From assembly GCA_034780895.1 (NCBI GenBank), contig JAUZTB010000087.1:53462186-53526185 (forward strand): 64,000 bases of DNA, written 5' to 3'. Below are positions 58,545 to 64,000 of the stretch, in pieces; position 1 is the stretch's first letter, and every line of letters begins with the position of its first letter. The translations under genes were made by a program, and so were the position numbers. The notes below the pieces were generated by a model. It worked only from the letters and a program-made list of their open reading frames with translations, searched no databases and had not been told where the DNA came from. Source of the stretch: Rhynchobatus australiae (Eukaryota).

Positions 58545-59065
58545 AGCCATAGGGTCATAGAATCATCCAGCCTGGAAATGGGCCTTTTGACCAAGATTCC
58601 CACCTAAGCTAGTCCCATTTGCCCATGTTTGGCCCATATCCCTCTGAACCTTCCCTATTCATGTACCTGTCCAAGTGCCTTTTAAATATTGTTTATGTAC
58701 CTGCCTCAACCACTTCCTCTGGCAGCTTATTCCATATACAGACCACCCTCTGGGTGAAAAAGTTGCCCCTCAGGTTCCTCTCACCTTAAACCTGTGCCCT
58801 CTAGTTCTTGATTCCCCAACCCTGGGAAAAAGACTGTGGGCATGGATAGGGTGAATGTGTTTCATAATTTTATATACCTCAATAAGATCACTCCTCATTC
58901 TCCTATGCTCCAATGAAGGAAGTTGCAACTTGCTCAACCTGTCTCCATACCTCAGTCTCTTGAGTCCTGGCAACATCCTTGTTAATCTCCTGTGCACTCT
59001 TTCCAGTTTAATGGCAACTTTCCTAAAGTGGGGTGACCAAAACTGAACACAACATTCCAAATGGA
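58545..59065 (-). mobile_element. CR1 LINE 3' end
   Basis: Minus ORF HLECCVQFWSPHFRKVAIKLERVHRRLTRMLPGL..LEHRRMRSDLIEVYKIM..HSLFPRVGESRTRGHRFKVRG. Confidence 0.93.
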
Positions 59066-59304
59066 GTAATGAATGTTGGAGGCAGTGCTGTGCTAGCACT
59101 GATTGTTTGCATATTAAATATGGGCAGAAGGTTTAATAATTTAAATATACAATGAGGACAAAATACATAGCTATAAAATGGCAACAAACTAAAATATTTG
59201 GCTGCTGTTCCATTTCTAAGTTTGCATTATCTTATGACATATTCTCTGCATGAAGTGATTTGATATGCTTTAGTACGACAAGCTTTCCTATATTCACTTC
59301 TGTG

Positions 59305-59485
59305 AGATGGGCAAGGCTGGCATTTTTGCCCTTGCCTTGTTGCTGTTGAGATGGTGTTGGTAAACAGTCCTCCTGCACTGTGGTCTTGTGGTGAAGGTCT
59401 CGTGTTAAAGTGGGAGCTCGAGGATGTTAATCAGGCAGCAACAAAGGCTTGGTGGATGCATCCAGGTCAGAATGGTAAGTGACAT
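59305..59485 (-). mobile_element. LINE family B tail remnant
   Basis: 'ggcaaggctgggcatttttgcccttgcc...ttgagatggtgttggt...gggagctcgaggatg' parallels 13560-13740. Confidence 0.5.
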
Positions 59486-60484
59486 GTAGCTTGTATTCGT
59501 GTTCATTTTAAATATCTAAATTCTGCTCCTGATATGGATTTGGGCTAAAAAAATATATATATATATAATAAGCGTTAATCACTCTATTTCCAATCTCTGC
59601 TCTAATGAAAACTCAAAGGAGTGAGATTTAGCAGGAATTCATTTCAGGAGATAATGGCTATCTCACTGATCATGCACCATGTCCAATCTTGCTGCTGGCC
59701 TCTAGAATCGAGCTAGAGTGCAGGGCAACTGATTCAGTACTCCACTGCCAAACTCTTCATTTAGACCTTCACTGTGCTGATTTGATTTGATTTTAACTTC
59801 TGGCAGCTGGGAGGTGATCAAAAGCTGAGGGCAAAGTATGGCATTTGCCGAGGTGTGCCTGTTCCATCTCTGCCCGCTTCAAGAACAAAGCTCCTTCCCC
59901 CAGGTGTAACACGTTGGGAAATATCAGCACTCGGCAAGCAGCACCAGTGCGTTTGTTTCATTTCCTCTTTATTTTGACAGTAAAGTCTAAACATATTTGC
60001 AAAAGCAGTAGCCCATGGAGACACTAGAATAGGATTCCCAATGTGAACATGTGTGATTTAAGCTAATATCTCAGTCAGTGAGTTACCAGGGTTAAAAGAT
60101 CTTACAGCTGAAAGCAATTACTTTTGTGGAGATTAACAGAAAGCAAGCACACTAAAAATAATTATGGTTTTATTTACTTTAAGGTCTGCTCCTAGTCCTG
60201 CTTTATAGCTGCAGGTTTAACTGGTGTTTTCTTCCTCATATTCTTGACAGCGGAGTCTCACAATACGAGAACTCAAATCTCCCAAGTGAAAGGAGGTTGG
60301 CCAGGATCCAGGTCCAGACAGCTGGCTAGCAAGGGCTCGATCCAAGCCAACTGCCTGCCCTCCTCCCAGGTTACGTTGATGCTTGGTTGTCCCTGGAGAG
60401 GCAGCGTCCATGGACTCACTGGAGACCTTAAGGAACCAGGGGACACTGGTGCGGCCAAACAGTGGGGGCAATATTTTACTTTAA

Positions 60485-60620
60485 GTAAAAACAGAAAATG
60501 TTGGAAACACTCAGCAGGTCAGGCAGCATCCGTAGGGGAAGCGAAATAGAGTTAACTTTTCATGGCGGAGGCCCTTTGTCAGCACTTTCCCAGCCCTGAC
60601 GTTAACTCTATTTGACGTCT
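60485..60620. mobile_element. Penelope-like fold-back element
   Basis: 'gttggaaacactcagcaggtcaggcagcatcc...aaatagagttaac' and 'gttaactctattt' are inverted. Confidence 0.7.
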
Positions 60621-60890
60621 TCCCTGTGACTGAATGGGTTTCCCCCTGGGTGCTTTGGTTTCCTCTACAGTCCAAAGACATGCAGTGAGGTTAACTGGCC
60701 ACTGCAAGTTGCCTCTGATACAGTTGGGTGGCAGGAAAAATCAAAGGGAAGTTGGCGGGTATATAGGAGAGAGAATAAGTTTCCAGGGTACAGGGAGGTA
60801 AGGAGGGGGCATGGTTGGAGCTGATGATATTGCTCAATCAAAATCTAGCATAGACTCAATGGGCCAAATGGTTTCCTTCTGTATCATAGT
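60620..60890 (+). mobile_element. HE1/V-SINE body and tail
   Basis: 'tccctgtgactgaatgggtttccccctgggtgctttggtttcctc...ccaaagacatgcag...ggttaactggccactg...gactcaatgggccaaatgg'. Confidence 0.75.
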
Positions 60891-61687
60891 AAGTAATTAA
60901 TAGGCACTGTCTAGATTCTAGACTTGCACATGGTAGGATGACCATTGTCTGTGAGTTTCAGTATCTTCGGGGATGACAAATGGAGATGGGAAGTCCTGGA
61001 GATGCAAAAGCCCTTCTGGGAGGGAGCACAGACCACCTGCAGGCCTCACAGCAGAACATTGTACCTCCACCCAGTACTCTCATTTGTCATAAAAGATCCA
61101 CCATCACCAACTGGGAGCTCTAACGCTGACTGCACTCCACTCCAGTCTCGCGTTCAGAGAGCACGTTGTTCTTCCAGTTTCTGGCATGTATACGGAGACT
61201 TGGTTCCAATCCAGACTTTGCAGCAAAGGCTGTCACACTTTACTAATAGGAAAATTACCAACCTTAAAAAAAAAATCTGGGATTCGATATCCAACTCATT
61301 AAAAATTGCAGATAACAGATTGTTCTCTTTGTCTCTCACATCATTTTATTTGAGAATACTGAGACATAAAAAAAGGCCACATTTTGTAAATATTAATTAA
61401 TTCAGATTGCATCATTCTGATACATCGAAAGTAACAGGTCAAGCAGCCATATATTCAACTGCTTGGTCTGCTGGGAAAATCAACATTGAAAATCATCATC
61501 TGCACTTCAATTTCAAAAACATTAGTCGAATTTTAACAATTAATCATATTTTGCTCTCTTTTCCTCCAAATGAATTGACTGAGATGTATGAAGGAATTTG
61601 AACTTTTTGGAGGGATAAGCAAGCACTTCCTGAATATTATGGGGCAGATGTGTCCAAAACCCCATGTAAAACATACTTATTAGATGA

Positions 61688-61900
61688 TAGAACATAGAAC
61701 ACAGAATATCACAGCACTGGAACAGGCCCTTTGGCCCACTATATTGTGCCAAACTAATTAAACTAGTAATTAACACCAAACTAAACTAATCCCTTCTGCC
61801 TACACAGTGTCCATATCCCTCCATTCTCTGCACAATCATGTGCCTATCTAAGAACCTTTTAAACACCTCTATCGATCTGGCTCTGCCACCATGCCTGGCA
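61688..61900 (-). mobile_element. CR1 3' tail
   Basis: 'tagaacatagaacacagaa...acagcactggaacaggccctttggccc...ccatatccctccattctctgcac' is the reverse complement of the subfamily at 46700-46877. Confidence 0.88.
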
Positions 61901-64000
61901 GAGGGAGTTTGGCCATGGTCCTTATTGCCCCTTTGTCCCCCAACACCTCCTCCCCTTTTGTGCATCCTCCTGAGAACTGATGATTAAAGGAAGTTCCTGA
62001 GCCTGACAGTGCGAGGGAACTGTAATAACACATGCAGAGATATAGTCTGTTACCCAGGGCCCTTTCTGGGTGAGGTTACTGACTGACAGCATGAAGGGAG
62101 CTGGATTTAAATCAGTGGAGATACAGTAAGTAACACAGAACACAGCAAAAGTGGGGTGAATGGCTGCTTGAGCTGGATTAACCACCTTTGGGGATGCAAA
62201 TCTAGGAACTGCTGTTTGTGCTGTAATCCAGCTTTTGTGTGATATTGGCTAGAACCCTGGCCATGTTACATCAGCTCCCTGACGCAGACAGGCTAAACAA
62301 GTCCTTCCCAGTAAGTTCCCCATAAATGTTATTAACACTAACACCTTAAATAGGAATATTCAAAAGGGAAGAGATGGAACTTAAAAAGCACATTAAAAGT
62401 TAAAACGCTCATTGGGAATTGTTTTGTTTTTAAGTGGGATATTTTACGATGGCCTTGCCAAATGATGGTGCCTCCTGCTCCTGTTTCAAAATCTGTCCAC
62501 TTCAATCAGTGTATTTACTTAAAACGCTTTCTGAAATGCTGAACTTCATCTTATTGATAAATTACTGCATCTATGAATAAATAAGGCTGTACATATTCTG
62601 TCATATTCACTGAGTGGGCTCAGGAACAGTAACATGGAGACATTTGGGAAGTTAAGTGCCTTTTGAAAGCCTTTTTGCCAAGCCTGACTTGACAGTTCTC
62701 CAGCTCTGAGTGTTAAGCCTTGATCAAGCAGCCCTGGTGGACCCCAGTCAAAGAGGAGACTGTTCTGATGCTTGCCACTTATGACATGATTGATTTTCTT
62801 TCAGCGGCCCTTCACTCAGGTCCTGCTGGTACCTGCTCGCCTGAACCCCTGGCTCATTCTGACCTCCACATATGGGGACTGTGCTGCTCCGAACAGATGA
62901 TGGCAGAGACTTCAGAAAATCAATAGACCTGTCAGTCAGCACGGAAACAAACTGCTTAAAAAAAACAATCACGACACAGCCTGTCGCACACTACCTCCAT
63001 GCGCTACACTTGAGAAATCAACAAATTCCCTTATTTCGTTCCTGCTGTCCCTAATCTCTGCATCGCTGTAATGGCCATCTTATGCAAGAACACTGTTATT
63101 TTACAGCAAGCCATCCAGTGAGCTTTCATTTTCCCTCTCCTCCTCTCATCTCTGTCTCCCTTCCAAGTTAATCAACCTTATCTTTGCACACTTTCAGCCC
63201 AGACCTCATAAAGATTGATCAATTTCTAACCCACTCTGGAGGTGGTTTTAAGATGGCTCAGTTTAAAGTGCACCAGGTTCTTGTTTCAAATGACAGCAGG
63301 TTCGGAAATTAGAAAGGCTATCCCCTCTTGTCAAGTAGGTTCAGTGCTCAGATTTTATTTCTGAATCTTCTTTTAATCCTCAGTTTCCACTCATCCTTTT
63401 CTACTGCATAGAACCTGGGTTATAAGCGCATGGGTTCCAAGTCAATCTTCATATTCCATGTAGTGGTGAACATTAGGAAGTGTTTTGTCTACCCAATTTT
63501 GTCCAAGGCCACTAATTATTGCACCCACTTCTAGAGGGAGTCACAGATAAACTACTACCACCAGGGAACCTGGACAGAGCTTTTTTTCTCTAAGGTCCTG
63601 GGTTACTTAGGGAAATTTTGCCTTCTCTGTTTGGGCCACGATAGAGGATCAACACAATCTCCACAGTAAATATCACAAGCTAACACAACAGGACCAAGAC
63701 ATTATTGGATCTCACAGGCTGATGATTGGAGGTATAATAAAGGAAGGAAACATGTCCAGCTAGCCCTTCTGTCTAAGGGCACGTGCAGTCATAAGGTGAG
63801 CCAGATTTCTGACCACTGTGTAAGCAATTCCTGTTGTCCAGTGAATTGCACAATGCAACTCACCATCACCTTCAGTGAGCCAGCACAGCCTTTCATTGAT
63901 TAAGGCAAAGGATGTTTGAAGATCAAAGCCTCTGGCACAAATCTCATAGTCTACTATGTAGAAGTGATCCCCAACTGGTGGTGGCACAGTAGTGCAGCTG

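Overview
This is eukaryotic, almost entirely non-coding DNA from a draft assembly with many N-gaps. The repeat repertoire points to a cartilaginous fish, probably a ray or skate (inference): HER1-type CR1 LINEs with their HE1/V-SINE partner, Deu-domain SINEs, SlmI/Meta-like SINEs, Rex1/Babar, L2, RTE and Penelope-like elements (PLEs). No intact protein-coding ORF is present; the ORFs in the track are decayed retroelement frames, low-complexity read-through or gap artefacts. The window looks like a large intron or gene desert, with repeat-free, homeodomain-site-rich islands (candidate conserved enhancers) and two candidate micro-exons (54564-54591, 57458-57488). The most notable observations are: (1) about 17 short PLE-derived repeats, many folded back as inverted pairs, whose consensus carries a minimal hammerhead-ribozyme core; (2) a local duplication whose copies differ by a GT...AG-bounded segment; (3) several SINE families whose tails match different LINEs in the window; (4) a Tigger-like MITE split by a CR1. 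Repeat family names come from recalled consensus sequences, not database searches, and boundaries are approximate (about +/-20-50 bp).
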